Shown: positions 54,542 to 63,189 of the stretch, piece after piece
Numbering within the stretch: position 1 is the first letter of the stretch
How the letters are laid out: each line of letters begins with the position of its first letter
NCBI GenBank assembly: GCA_965242525.1
Contig: OZ251459.1
Coordinates: 1,184,001 to 1,248,000 of the forward strand
Length of the DNA stretch: 64,000 bases
Direction of reading: 5' to 3'
DNA from: an uncultured Candidatus Binatia bacterium
GTDB lineage: Bacteria; Desulfobacterota; Binatia; UBA9968; JAJDTQ01
The notes under the pieces: generated by a model
The model's database searches: none
Seen by the model: the letters and a program-made list of their open reading frames with translations, nothing else
What the model was told of the DNA's origin: nothing
Made by a program: the position numbers and the translations under genes

Positions 54542-55378
54542 CTACGACCCTCCGTCCGTCAGGAACACGTCCCCGCTCGTCACCCGCCGGGGCCGGCCGC
54601 CGCCGTCCTCCAGCACCAGGAAGCCATCCCCGTCCAGCCCCCGCACCCGTCCCGCGAGCTCGCCGTCCCCAGTCCGCACGCGCGCCTGCGCCCCTTCCAT
54701 GCGCGCGTAAGCGTTCCAGCTTCGGGCGATGGAGGCGAACCCGCGCTCTTCGAACTCGATATAGCGCTTCTCCATGCAGCGCACCAGGGACCGGGCCGCC
54801 TCCACCCGGACCACCGCGGCCCCGGACTCCTCCATCACAGAGGTGGCGCCCTCGCGGATGTCCGGGGGCATGAGCGCCCGCGGGAAGTTCAGGTTGACGC
54901 CGACGCCCACCACCACGAAGAGCGTGCGGCCGGGTTCGCACGCGAGCTCGCTCAGGATGCCGGCCGCCTTCCGGCCGCGCAGCAGCACGTCGTTGGGCCA
55001 CTTGATCCGGGGCCGGCACGGGACCATCTCACCCAAGGCGTCGGCCACCGCCACCGCCGCCAGCAGAGTGGTCTTGGCCGAGTCCGCAGGCTCCAGGCGC
55101 GGGCGGAGTATGAAGGAGGCGTAGAGGTTGCGGCCCGCGGGAGAGACCCAGCGCCGTCCCATCCTGCCCTGCCCCCGGGTCTGCGCTTCGGCGATGACGA
55201 CGGTCCCCTCCGGCGCCCCGGCCTGGGCCAGCGCATGGGCGGTGCGGTTGGTGGAGGGCAGTTCCGGGTGCACCTCGATGCGGCCGCCGAGCCGCGTGGT
55301 CCCCAGGCCCCGAAGGATGCTTTCCGCGGTGAGCCGGTCGCCGGGAGCCGGAACGGGATGCTGCTTCACGGAAGACAT
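54542..55378 (-). CDS. birA: Biotin--[acetyl-CoA-carboxylase] ligase (no N-terminal HTH)
   Basis: STN, QTRGQGRMGRRW, KWPND, K.AGIL, GVGVN. Confidence 0.95.
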   Translation of the reverse strand: MSSVKQHPVPAPGDRLTAESILRGLGTTRLGGRIEVHPELPSTNRTAHALAQAGAPEGTVVIAEAQTRGQGRMGRRWVSPAGRNLYASFILRPRLEPADSAKTTLLAAVAVADALGEMVPCRPRIKWPNDVLLRGRKAAGILSELACEPGRTLFVVVGVGVNLNFPRALMPPDIREGATSVMEESGAAVVRVEAARSLVRCMEKRYIEFEERGFASIARSWNAYARMEGAQARVRTGDGELAGRVRGLDGDGFLVLEDGGGRPRRVTSGDVFLTDGGS

Positions 55379-55462
55379 GCTCGGATGAGAGGTCTTGGGA
55401 CAGGGAATTCGGGAAAGGGTTTCCGGGGATGCCCGGACCGGGGGCTTCGCCGGCCCGCGCGG

Positions 55463-58216
55463 TCATTGGCCCCGGAGCTCGCGGATCCTCCCCAGGCTCC
55501 GTTCGAGGGCGTCGATCTGTTCTTCCAGTTCCCGGGCCCGTTCCCGCTCGCGCTCCACCACCTCCGCCCGCGCCTTGGCCACGAAGTCCCGGTTGTCGAG
55601 CTTCTTCCGCACCCGGTCCCGCTCGGCTTCGAGCTTGCCCAGGGAGCGGTGCAGCCGGTCGCTTTCCTCCTGCAGGTCCACCGCGCCGTCCAGCGGGACA
55701 TAGACCTCGGTGGTATCGACCATGGCCGTGGCCACCTTCTCCGGCCGGACCCCCTCGGAACGGTACTCCAGGGACTCGGCCCGGGCCAGGGCGCGCACCG
55801 TCTCCTCGTGGGCGCGGACCAGGGAAAGCCGCTCGTCCGTATCGAAGAGCACCACCCGGACCTTCCGGGAAAGCGGCACGTTCATCTCGGTGCGGAGGTT
55901 CCTCACCGCGCGGATGAGGCCGCTCAGGAAGCCCACCTCCGCTTCCGCCTCCGGGTCCGCGGGGAAGTCCGCGGCCGCGGGATAGGGCTGGACCATGACG
56001 TCGTCCCCGGGCGGGGATCCGGCGTCCCGGGCGGTGACCGCCTGCCAGAGCTCTTCTGTGACGAACGGCATCAACGGATGCAGCAGCAGCAGGATGTTCC
56101 GCAGCACCGTGTGCAGCACCCGCTGGGCCGAGGCCGCGCCGTCGCCGTCGAGACGCAGCTTGCTCATCTCGATGTACCAGTCGCAGAACTCGTGCCAAGT
56201 GAACTGGTACAGGTGGTGCGCGAAATCGTTGAAACGGTACGCTTCGATGGCCTCCCGGGAGCGTTCCACCGCGGCCCTCAGGCGCGACAGGATCCAGCGG
56301 TCCGCCAGGTCCGGGGACTCCCCGAGCAACTCCTCCGCGGAGCGGGGCCGCTCCCGCAGCACCGCGTCGTCCAGGTTCAGGAGCACGAAACGCGCGGCGT
56401 TCCAGAGCTTGTTGACGAAGTGCTGGTAGCCGGCGATGCGCTCCTCCGCCAGCTTCACGTCCCGCCCCATGGCGGTCATGGCCACCAGCGTGAACCGGAA
56501 CGGGTCGGCCCCGTAGCGGTTGACCATGATGAGGGGGTCGATGACGTTCCCTTTGGACTTGGACATCTTCTGGCCGTCCTGGTCGCGCACCAGGGCGTGG
56601 ATGTACACGTCCCGGAACGGAACCTGCTCCATGAACCGGAGGCCCATCATCATCATCCGCGCCACCCAGAAGAACAGGATGTCGAAGCCCGTCACCAGCA
56701 CGGAGGTGGGATAGAAGGCCCGGAGGTCCTCGGTGCGGTCGGGCCAGCCCAGGGTGGAAAACGGCCACAGGGCGGACGAGAACCACGTGTCCAGCACGTC
56801 CGGGTCCTGCACGAACCGGGCGCCGCCGCAGGTCCCGCACGAGTCCGGCGCGCTCCTCGCCACCACCGGCGCGCAGCCGGAGGGGATCCTTTCTACGTCG
56901 CCGAACCGCAACGACCCGTTGCAGTCCGCGCAGTACCAGGCCGGGATCTGGTGGCCCCACCAGATCTGCCGGGACACGCACCAGTCCCGGATGTTGTCCA
57001 GCCACGCGAAGTAGGAGTTCTTCCAGGCCTCCGGGACGATGCGGGTGCGGCCCTGCCGCACCGCCTCCGCGGCCGGCTCCGCCAGGGGCCCGGCCTTCAC
57101 GAACCACTGGGGCGTGAGGTAGGGCTCGATGACCGTCTGGCAGCGGTAGCACTTGCCCACCGCGTGGCGGTAGGGCCGGACCTCGGCCAGGAGCCCCAGG
57201 TCCTCCAGCTCCCGGACGATGCGCTGGCGCGCTGCGTAGCGGTCCCGGCCCCGGTAGCGCTCGACCCAGGCCGGCGGCTCCGCTCCCTCCCGGACGAAGG
57301 CCTCCGCCCGCACCGCGGCGTCGTCGTCGAAGACGTTGATCACTTCCAGGCGGTTCCGGACGCCGATCTCGAAGTCGTTGAAATCGTGTCCCGGGGTGAT
57401 CTTGACCGCGCCCGTGCCGAACTCGGGATCCACGAAGGAATCGGCCACCACCGGGATCTCGCGCCCCACCACGGGGAGGCGCGCGCGCCGGCCCACACAG
57501 CCGGCGTGGCGCTGGTCGTCGGGATGCACCGCCACGCCGGTGTCCCCGAGCATGGTCTCGGGCCGGGTGGTGGCCACGGTCAGCTCGCCCCCCTCCACCA
57601 GCGGGTAGCGCACGCGCCACAGGTGGCCGTCCACCTCCTCGTGGGCCACCTCGATGTCGGCGAGGGCGGTCTTGCAGCGCGGGCACCAGTTGATGAGCCG
57701 TTCCGCGCGATAGAGCAGCCCCTCTTCCCACAGGCGGACGAAGGCCTCCCGCACCGCCCGGGAGAGCCCTTCGTCCATGGTGAACCGCTCACGGCTCCAG
57801 TCGCACGACACCCCCAGGGCCCGCAACTGCCGCAGGATGGTGTGGCCGGTCTCCTCGCGCCAGCCCCATACCTTCTCGACGAAGGCCCGCCGGCCCAGGG
57901 CGGTCCGGTGGATCCCCTGCTCGGAGAGCTGGCGCTCCACCACGTTCTGGGTGGCGATGCCCGCGTGGTCCGTCCCCGGCACCCACAGGACGTTGTGTCC
58001 GTCCATGCGCCGGAAGCGGCACAGGACGTCCTGGAGGGTGTTGTTGAGCGCGTGGCCCATGTGGAGCGAGCCGGTGACGTTGGGGGGCGGAATGACCATG
58101 GAGAACGACGGCGCCCCCGGGGCCGACGGAGTGAAGTGCGAGGCTTCGGCCCAGCGCTCGTACCACTTCTTCTCCACGTCCTGGTGGCTGTACGACTTTG
58201 CGATTTCTCGAGGCAT
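55463..58216 (-). CDS. valS: Valine--tRNA ligase
   Basis: PPPNVTGSLHMGH, DHAGIATQ, DTWFSS, KMSKS, C-terminal coiled coil. Confidence 0.98.
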   Translation of the reverse strand: MPREIAKSYSHQDVEKKWYERWAEASHFTPSAPGAPSFSMVIPPPNVTGSLHMGHALNNTLQDVLCRFRRMDGHNVLWVPGTDHAGIATQNVVERQLSEQGIHRTALGRRAFVEKVWGWREETGHTILRQLRALGVSCDWSRERFTMDEGLSRAVREAFVRLWEEGLLYRAERLINWCPRCKTALADIEVAHEEVDGHLWRVRYPLVEGGELTVATTRPETMLGDTGVAVHPDDQRHAGCVGRRARLPVVGREIPVVADSFVDPEFGTGAVKITPGHDFNDFEIGVRNRLEVINVFDDDAAVRAEAFVREGAEPPAWVERYRGRDRYAARQRIVRELEDLGLLAEVRPYRHAVGKCYRCQTVIEPYLTPQWFVKAGPLAEPAAEAVRQGRTRIVPEAWKNSYFAWLDNIRDWCVSRQIWWGHQIPAWYCADCNGSLRFGDVERIPSGCAPVVARSAPDSCGTCGGARFVQDPDVLDTWFSSALWPFSTLGWPDRTEDLRAFYPTSVLVTGFDILFFWVARMMMMGLRFMEQVPFRDVYIHALVRDQDGQKMSKSKGNVIDPLIMVNRYGADPFRFTLVAMTAMGRDVKLAEERIAGYQHFVNKLWNAARFVLLNLDDAVLRERPRSAEELLGESPDLADRWILSRLRAAVERSREAIEAYRFNDFAHHLYQFTWHEFCDWYIEMSKLRLDGDGAASAQRVLHTVLRNILLLLHPLMPFVTEELWQAVTARDAGSPPGDDVMVQPYPAAADFPADPEAEAEVGFLSGLIRAVRNLRTEMNVPLSRKVRVVLFDTDERLSLVRAHEETVRALARAESLEYRSEGVRPEKVATAMVDTTEVYVPLDGAVDLQEESDRLHRSLGKLEAERDRVRKKLDNRDFVAKARAEVVERERERARELEEQIDALERSLGRIRELRGQ

Positions 58217-58222
58217 GGCTCT

Positions 58223-58777
58223 CTACCCTCGACCTGCGCTCCCGGACCCCGGCGTCCCGGGGCCGGTCTCGTCCGCGGCGTCCTCCTCCACCACCTCCGT
58301 CAACTCGATGATCCCGGGTTCGCCGGGGTCGGGCGCGCCGCGCTCCTCCGACGAGCGGGCCGGAGCCGCGGGGTCCGGCCCGCGGTCCTCGGGTCTGGCG
58401 TCCGACGGTTCCTCCCCTGCCGGCCCCCGGGCCGCGGACGGCGGCGGCAACAACGACCGCAGGGCGGCCTCCAGCGCGGCGCGCTCCAGCGGCTTGGACA
58501 CGGTCGCGGTGCGACCGCCGGAGCCGAGGTCCGGCGCCGGCCCCAGGTGGAGCCAGACCCCGGGGATCCCCAGGGACCGAAGCGCCCGGTGGACCTCCGG
58601 GACCTCCGCGCCGCCGTCACCGAGGGACTCCCGATCGACGATGACCAGGTCGCTGCCCCGGACGTCTTCCTCCCCGAGCCAGCGGTCCCGGACCGTGGCT
58701 CGGTGCTCCGGAAACAGGAACTGCCGCAGCGCCTCGCGCAGGATGGGACGTCTCTCGATGACGAATATGCTGCCCAT
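58223..58777 (-). CDS. Hypothetical protein: degenerate receiver-like domain plus acidic low-complexity tail
   Basis: IFVIE.., DLVIVD, SKP motif; IIELTEVVEE tail; 6 nt upstream of valS. Confidence 0.55.
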   Translation of the reverse strand: MGSIFVIERRPILREALRQFLFPEHRATVRDRWLGEEDVRGSDLVIVDRESLGDGGAEVPEVHRALRSLGIPGVWLHLGPAPDLGSGGRTATVSKPLERAALEAALRSLLPPPSAARGPAGEEPSDARPEDRGPDPAAPARSSEERGAPDPGEPGIIELTEVVEEDAADETGPGTPGSGSAGRG

Positions 58778-58942
58778 TTCGATACAACGCTCCCGGGCGT
58801 TCGCATCATGTTAGCAGACAATGGCCTATCCTACGAACCCGTGTCCGGCCACGCGGACGGACTTCCGGTCCCGCCAACTTGACAACCCCGCGTCCGCTGG
58901 TGCATATAGAGGATCATCCCATGCAGGACCTTTCATGTTCGT

Positions 58943-59030
58943 GCGAAAGTGGCGGAATTTGGTAGACGCGCAGGATTCAGGATCCTGTGGGAGCAATCCC
59001 GTGGGGGTTCAATTCCCCCCTTTCGCACCA
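58943..59030 (+). tRNA. tRNA-Leu (anticodon CAG)
   Basis: Acceptor GCGAAAG/CTTTCGC-A-CCA, anticodon stem CAGGA/TCCTG with loop TT-CAG-GA, long variable arm, GGTTCAATT T-loop; TTGACA at 58879 upstream. Confidence 0.96.
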
Positions 59031-59178
59031 CCTTCCAGGGGCGGCCGAGTCCGTCCTCCCTCGGACTCGCCGGGGTTCCGCGCCGCCTGACGTGGAACGC
59101 GCGCCCTCTGCATGCGGAGCAGCACCTCAACCGGAGTCACTTCTGCAACGACAGGACCATGAGAGAGGCGCCCAGGCG

Positions 59179-60174
59179 TTGAAGGACGTTGCGGAGGACT
59201 TCCTGTCCCCGTTCGAGTCGGTGGAGCAGTACGGACCGGTGGCCCGCCAGTTGCGTCTGGTGGAGCAACGGCTCATGGACTGCACGCGCTCGAAGGAGCC
59301 CGAGCTCACCGAGATCGCGTCCGACCTCATCAGGGGCGGGGGCAAGCGCCTCCGGCCCATGCTCACGCTGCTGGTGTTCAACGCCTTCCGGGGCGAGCGG
59401 GAAGACGACGCGGTGGACATCGCCGCGGCCCTGGAGCTGGTGCACGCGGCGACCCTGCTGCACGACGACATCATCGACGGCGCCGGGTTCCGGCGCGGGA
59501 AGGAGTCCGCCTACCAACGCTACGGACTCACGCGCACCCTGGTCACCGGCGACTTCCTCTTCATCAAGGCGTTCGAGTTCGCGGGCAAGTTCGACGACAC
59601 CGTGGTCCAGTGGACCGCGGACGCCTGCACGAGCCTCACCGAGGGGGAGATCCTGCAAGGCGCCTTCCGGCGCAACCGGACGGTGACCGCGGCGGACTAC
59701 CTCCAGATCGTCGAGCGCAAGACCGCCTCGCTCTTCGAGACCGGCGCCAAGCTCGGCGCCTACATCGCCGGCGCGCCGGCCGCACAGGTGGAGACCGCGG
59801 CGAGCTTCGGTCTCAACCTCGGCATCGCCTTCCAGATCATGGACGACGTGCTCGACGTGGTGGGGACCCGGGACCTGCTCGGGAAGTCCACGGGAATGGA
59901 CCTGCGCGACGGCAACCCTTCCCTTCCCATCGTCCTCTCGCTGCTCGACGGACACCGGGCGGTCTCGCGCGTCTTCCAGACCTCGTCTCCCACCGAGAGC
60001 GACATCCGCCAGGCCCTGGACGCCATGGAGAACGGCACGGTGATCGAGCGGGCGAGGAACTTCGCCCGCAAATATACGATCAAGGCCTGCCGGGAGATCG
60101 ACAATCTGCCCGGGTCCGCGGACCGGGACGGCCTCAAGGCGTTGGGCCGCGTGCTCACGGACCGGGACCGCTGA
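59179..60174 (+). CDS. Polyprenyl diphosphate synthase (IspB/HepT-like)
   Basis: GGKRLRP, LLHDDIID..RRG, KTASLF, FQIMDDVLD; TTG start after GAGAGG. Confidence 0.93.
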   Translation: MKDVAEDFLSPFESVEQYGPVARQLRLVEQRLMDCTRSKEPELTEIASDLIRGGGKRLRPMLTLLVFNAFRGEREDDAVDIAAALELVHAATLLHDDIIDGAGFRRGKESAYQRYGLTRTLVTGDFLFIKAFEFAGKFDDTVVQWTADACTSLTEGEILQGAFRRNRTVTAADYLQIVERKTASLFETGAKLGAYIAGAPAAQVETAASFGLNLGIAFQIMDDVLDVVGTRDLLGKSTGMDLRDGNPSLPIVLSLLDGHRAVSRVFQTSSPTESDIRQALDAMENGTVIERARNFARKYTIKACREIDNLPGSADRDGLKALGRVLTDRDR

Positions 60175-60224
60175 CCACCGGACCGGCCCCGCCCGAGACG
60201 CTTCCGGGCCTCCCGGCCATCGCC

Positions 60225-60974
60225 ATGTCCACCCTCCGCGACACCCGGGTCAGGAACATCTTCGACCGGATCGCGCGGCGCTACGACCTGCTCAACCGGA
60301 TCATCAGCTTGCGGCTGGACTCCCTGTGGCGGCGCAAGGCCGTCCGGGCCCTGGGCGTCGCCGGCGAACCCGCCCTGGTCCTGGACCTGGGCACGGGCAC
60401 CGGCGCGCTGGCCCTGGAGGCGTGCAAGGCGCTAGGGCCGGGGGCCCGGGTGGTGGGCGTGGACTTCTCCCGCGCCATGATCGAGCTCGCCAGGGAACGG
60501 ACGGCCCGGGCGGGATACGGCCGCCGGGCCGCCTACGTCCTGGGCCACGCCCTGGCCGCGCCGGTGCGGGACGAGTCCTTCGACGCGGTGATGAGCGCCT
60601 TCGTGCTGCGGAACGTCGGGGACCTGGATGCGTTCTTCCGGGAGTCGTACCGGGTGTTGAAGCCCGGCGGGCGCATGGCGTCCCTGGACATGTTCCCCCC
60701 GTCCCGGGGCCTGTTCTCGCGCTTCTACTGGCTCTACTTCGGAAAGCTCATGCCCTGGGTGGGCCGGGCGGTGAGCGGCGACCCCACCGCGTACCGGTAC
60801 CTGTCGGACTCGGTCCGGTCCTTCGTCTCGCCGGAGTCGGTGGCCTCGACCGTCGCGTCGGCCGGCTTCGGCGAGGCCCGCACCGTGCGTTACCTCCGGG
60901 GCGCCATCTGCCTCCAGGTGGCCACCAAGCCCCGTCGGACCGCCCGAGGCCCCGGGGAGCCGGTGACCCGGTGA
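60225..60974 (+). CDS. ubiE: Demethylmenaquinone/ubiquinone C-methyltransferase (MenG/UbiE)
   Basis: FDRIARRYDLLN, LDLGTGTG, FVLRNV, RVLKPGG, AYRYLSDS. Confidence 0.9.
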   Translation: MSTLRDTRVRNIFDRIARRYDLLNRIISLRLDSLWRRKAVRALGVAGEPALVLDLGTGTGALALEACKALGPGARVVGVDFSRAMIELARERTARAGYGRRAAYVLGHALAAPVRDESFDAVMSAFVLRNVGDLDAFFRESYRVLKPGGRMASLDMFPPSRGLFSRFYWLYFGKLMPWVGRAVSGDPTAYRYLSDSVRSFVSPESVASTVASAGFGEARTVRYLRGAICLQVATKPRRTARGPGEPVTR

Positions 60975-61804
60975 ACCCTTACGCCACCGCGTTCGTGATG
61001 TTCCTCTACCAGTTGTCGGTGGGGGGGCTGGTGGGCCTGTCGGTGACGCCTTTCACCGAGCTGGAGCGCGGCTTCTACAAGTCCACCGCAGGCGTGCTGG
61101 TTGCGGCCGCGGTGCTGGCCCTCTGGGGGCGTCTCGACCTACTGCCGGATACCCCGGGCATCGGAGACATCATAAGCATCGTTCTATTGGGTAGTTTCAC
61201 CGTTTTCCTGATCCTGTACTTCATATCCCTCTGGGGCGAGCGCGCGTTCCTGCGGGCGCGCTTCTTCTCCACCGCGGTACTCACCGGCCTCGCCGGGGTC
61301 ATGGCCGCCTCCTACGGGTTCTCCCATTCCCCGGTGGGGCCGGTGGAAGCCGTGTTCCTTCCGGTCAGCTTCGTGGTCTCGTCGCTGCTCCTGGGGGCGG
61401 TCACCGTGGGCATGCTCATCGGCCACTGGTACCTGATCGAGACCGGCCAGAGCCTGGAGCCGTTCCTCCGGGTGTTCCGGTTCTTCGTCACCATGCTGGT
61501 GGTCCAGACCGGCCTGGAGGCCCTCGGCGCCGCCCTGCTCTACCTGTTCGGCACCGCGCATACCGCGGCCACGGTCCGCGGCCTCTTCGAGGACCACCTG
61601 TTGCTGCTGTCCTCGCGGTTCCTGGTGGCCCAGGCCGCTCCGCTGGCGCTTTCCTGGATGATCTGGAAGACCCTCGCCGACTTCCGCAACACCATGGCGG
61701 CCACGGGCCTCTTCTACATCGCGCTGCTGGGCGTGTTCGTGGGAGAGCTGCTGTCCAGCCAGATCCTGGCCCTGGCCGGCATGGTCGGACGAGGAGCGCC
61801 GTAA
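60971..61804 (+). CDS. Polytopic membrane protein of unknown function
   Basis: GTG overlaps ubiE stop; about 7-8 hydrophobic segments; GMLIGHWYL and AATGLFY motifs. Confidence 0.75.
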   Translation: MNPYATAFVMFLYQLSVGGLVGLSVTPFTELERGFYKSTAGVLVAAAVLALWGRLDLLPDTPGIGDIISIVLLGSFTVFLILYFISLWGERAFLRARFFSTAVLTGLAGVMAASYGFSHSPVGPVEAVFLPVSFVVSSLLLGAVTVGMLIGHWYLIETGQSLEPFLRVFRFFVTMLVVQTGLEALGAALLYLFGTAHTAATVRGLFEDHLLLLSSRFLVAQAAPLALSWMIWKTLADFRNTMAATGLFYIALLGVFVGELLSSQILALAGMVGRGAP

Positions 61805-61881
61805 CCGCCCGCCGGCGGTCGGCCCGGAAGCCCCTCGACCCCGCCCGTCAACCCGCTGTCGGAAACTCCGAACGATCGTCT

Positions 61882-62070
61882 CCGTTCGTCCCGAGCGCAG
61901 GGAAGGGAGGGAGACACGCGGGGGTGGACGTTGTCCTGGGGGCCGTTCGTCCTGAGCGTAGCGAAAGGAGACCGGCATGAAGACGATGGCAAAACGAGCG
62001 TCCCCGTTCTCCTGAGCGCAGGAAAGCCTCTCCGTTCGTCCTGAGCGTAGCGAAGCGAAGTCGAAGGACG
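61882..62070 (-). repeat. Cluster of family A REP-like repeats (3 partial, 1 full)
   Basis: CCGTT(CG)TCCYGAGCG cores at 61882, 61943, 62004 and 62032. Confidence 0.8.
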
Positions 62071-62119
62071 CGCTTTTCCACAGGGAGAGGGAGTCCGAGC
62101 CGGAATTGACCAGACGTCC

Positions 62120-62491
62120 CTATTCCGCGGGCTCTTCGCCGGCCGCCGCCGCCATCGGCGCTTCCCGGGGAGCCGGTTCCGGCCGCCGCCGGTCCTGCTG
62201 GGGATAGGTCTTGATCTTCGTGACCCGGAGCCCGTGCCCGACCCAGCCCAGGTCGTATCCCACCACCATGCCCTCCCTCAGGCCCTTGGGCGAGGCCACC
62301 GGGCCGGACATCAGCACCATCTGGTACGAGAACTTCACCTCCCTGCCGCTCGCGGTGCGGACCACGCCCGTGTTCTTCCGGGGCGAGAGCCGGGTGACGA
62401 TCCCGTGGTAGTACAGGTCCGGCTGCTGCGCGGCGGCCGGGCCTCCGGCGCCCGCGTCAGGAGCCGCAGCCTTGGCGTCGTCTTCAACCAT
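62120..62491 (-). CDS. Hypothetical protein, possible cold-shock/OB-fold
   Basis: YHGIVTRL..RKNTGVVRT..GREVKF...LREGMVVGYD...RVTKI resembles the CSD strand pattern. Confidence 0.6.
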   Translation of the reverse strand: MVEDDAKAAAPDAGAGGPAAAQQPDLYYHGIVTRLSPRKNTGVVRTASGREVKFSYQMVLMSGPVASPKGLREGMVVGYDLGWVGHGLRVTKIKTYPQQDRRRPEPAPREAPMAAAAGEEPAE

Positions 62492-62615
62492 CCGCGGTAC
62501 CCTCGTCGTCGGACCATGCCATGCCCTTCCATCCTACCGCATAAGGGAACGTCTGAACAATCGAGACAAAGGGGGATGGTTCCCGAGAAAGCCCAGCTAC
62601 TCGTCCCAGCTACTC

Positions 62616-62838
62616 GTCATTCCCGCGAAAGCCCCGCCCCGTCATTCCCGCGAAAGTCCCGCCACGTCATTCCCGCGAAAGCGGGAATCCAGACCTTGCG
62701 AGCAAGCCCCATGGGTCTGTATGAGAGGTTTGTACAACGAGCTCAATGAAACTGGATGGATTCCCGCTTTCGCGGGAATGACGGAAGGTGGGGCGTCTGA
62801 GGGAATGACGGAAGGTGAGGCGTCTGCGGGAACGATGG
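62616..62838. repeat. Mirror-symmetric REPIN-like array of family B repeats
   Basis: GTCATTCCCGCGAAAG at 62616, 62641 and 62666 (25-bp period; the last is full length to 62690), inverted full copy at 62758-62782, partial inverted copies at 62801 and 62826. Confidence 0.85.
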
Positions 62839-63022
62839 ACAGGCGTCTGCCGGAAGATATCTCGTTGGCCGGCGACGGAAACGTCGAACGCCGTAACCCG
62901 TTGATATACCTTGCGTTCCTCTAACCGCGGCCCGCCGTCAACGACGCGCGGCCCGCGGCCAACGACGAAATGGTCGAACGCGGCGCGGTCGAATTCATCG
63001 GGATTTCGGTCACTTGGGGAGT

Positions 63023-63038
63023 TGGCACGGAATATGCT
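63023..63038 (+). promoter_or_regulatory. Candidate sigma54 (-24/-12) promoter
   Basis: TGGCACG-GAAT-ATGCT with GG-N10-GC spacing; IHF consensus match (TATCAACGGGTTA, minus strand) at 62894-62906. Confidence 0.6.
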
Positions 63039-63068
63039 TTAAGTTTCCTGTGTTGTGCTACTGTATCG

Positions 63069-63077
63069 TGCTATAAT
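63069..63077 (+). promoter_or_regulatory. Candidate extended -10 promoter element
   Basis: TGCTATAAT in an AT-rich patch upstream of the last gene; no good -35. Confidence 0.5.
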
Positions 63078-63189
63078 CGGTATCATGGGTCCGTACAACG
63101 GCTCGGAGGGATTCCGGCGCAGAACTTCCACCAATTCGGAACGGAATGTGCTACGTTGCGTTCCCCGACGGAGTATGACGAGGTAGCAT

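Noticed and set aside
53855-58882. 1675-aa + strand ORF and similar long ORFs (19944-23303, 33641-36862, 25501-27321)
   Set aside because: Antisense or frame-shifted shadows of valS/birA/coaX, carB, icd-mdh-sucC and lepA, expected in high-GC DNA; no motifs of their own
58943-59030. tRNA-Leu as an integration site, or as tRNA-Sec
   Set aside because: Anticodon is CAG with a normal 7-bp acceptor stem; no integrase, no duplicated 3' end seen, and flanks are housekeeping genes
61882-62838. CRISPR array
   Set aside because: Repeats are degenerate, partly inverted, with 9-bp or irregular spacers; the same units occur singly elsewhere; no cas genes
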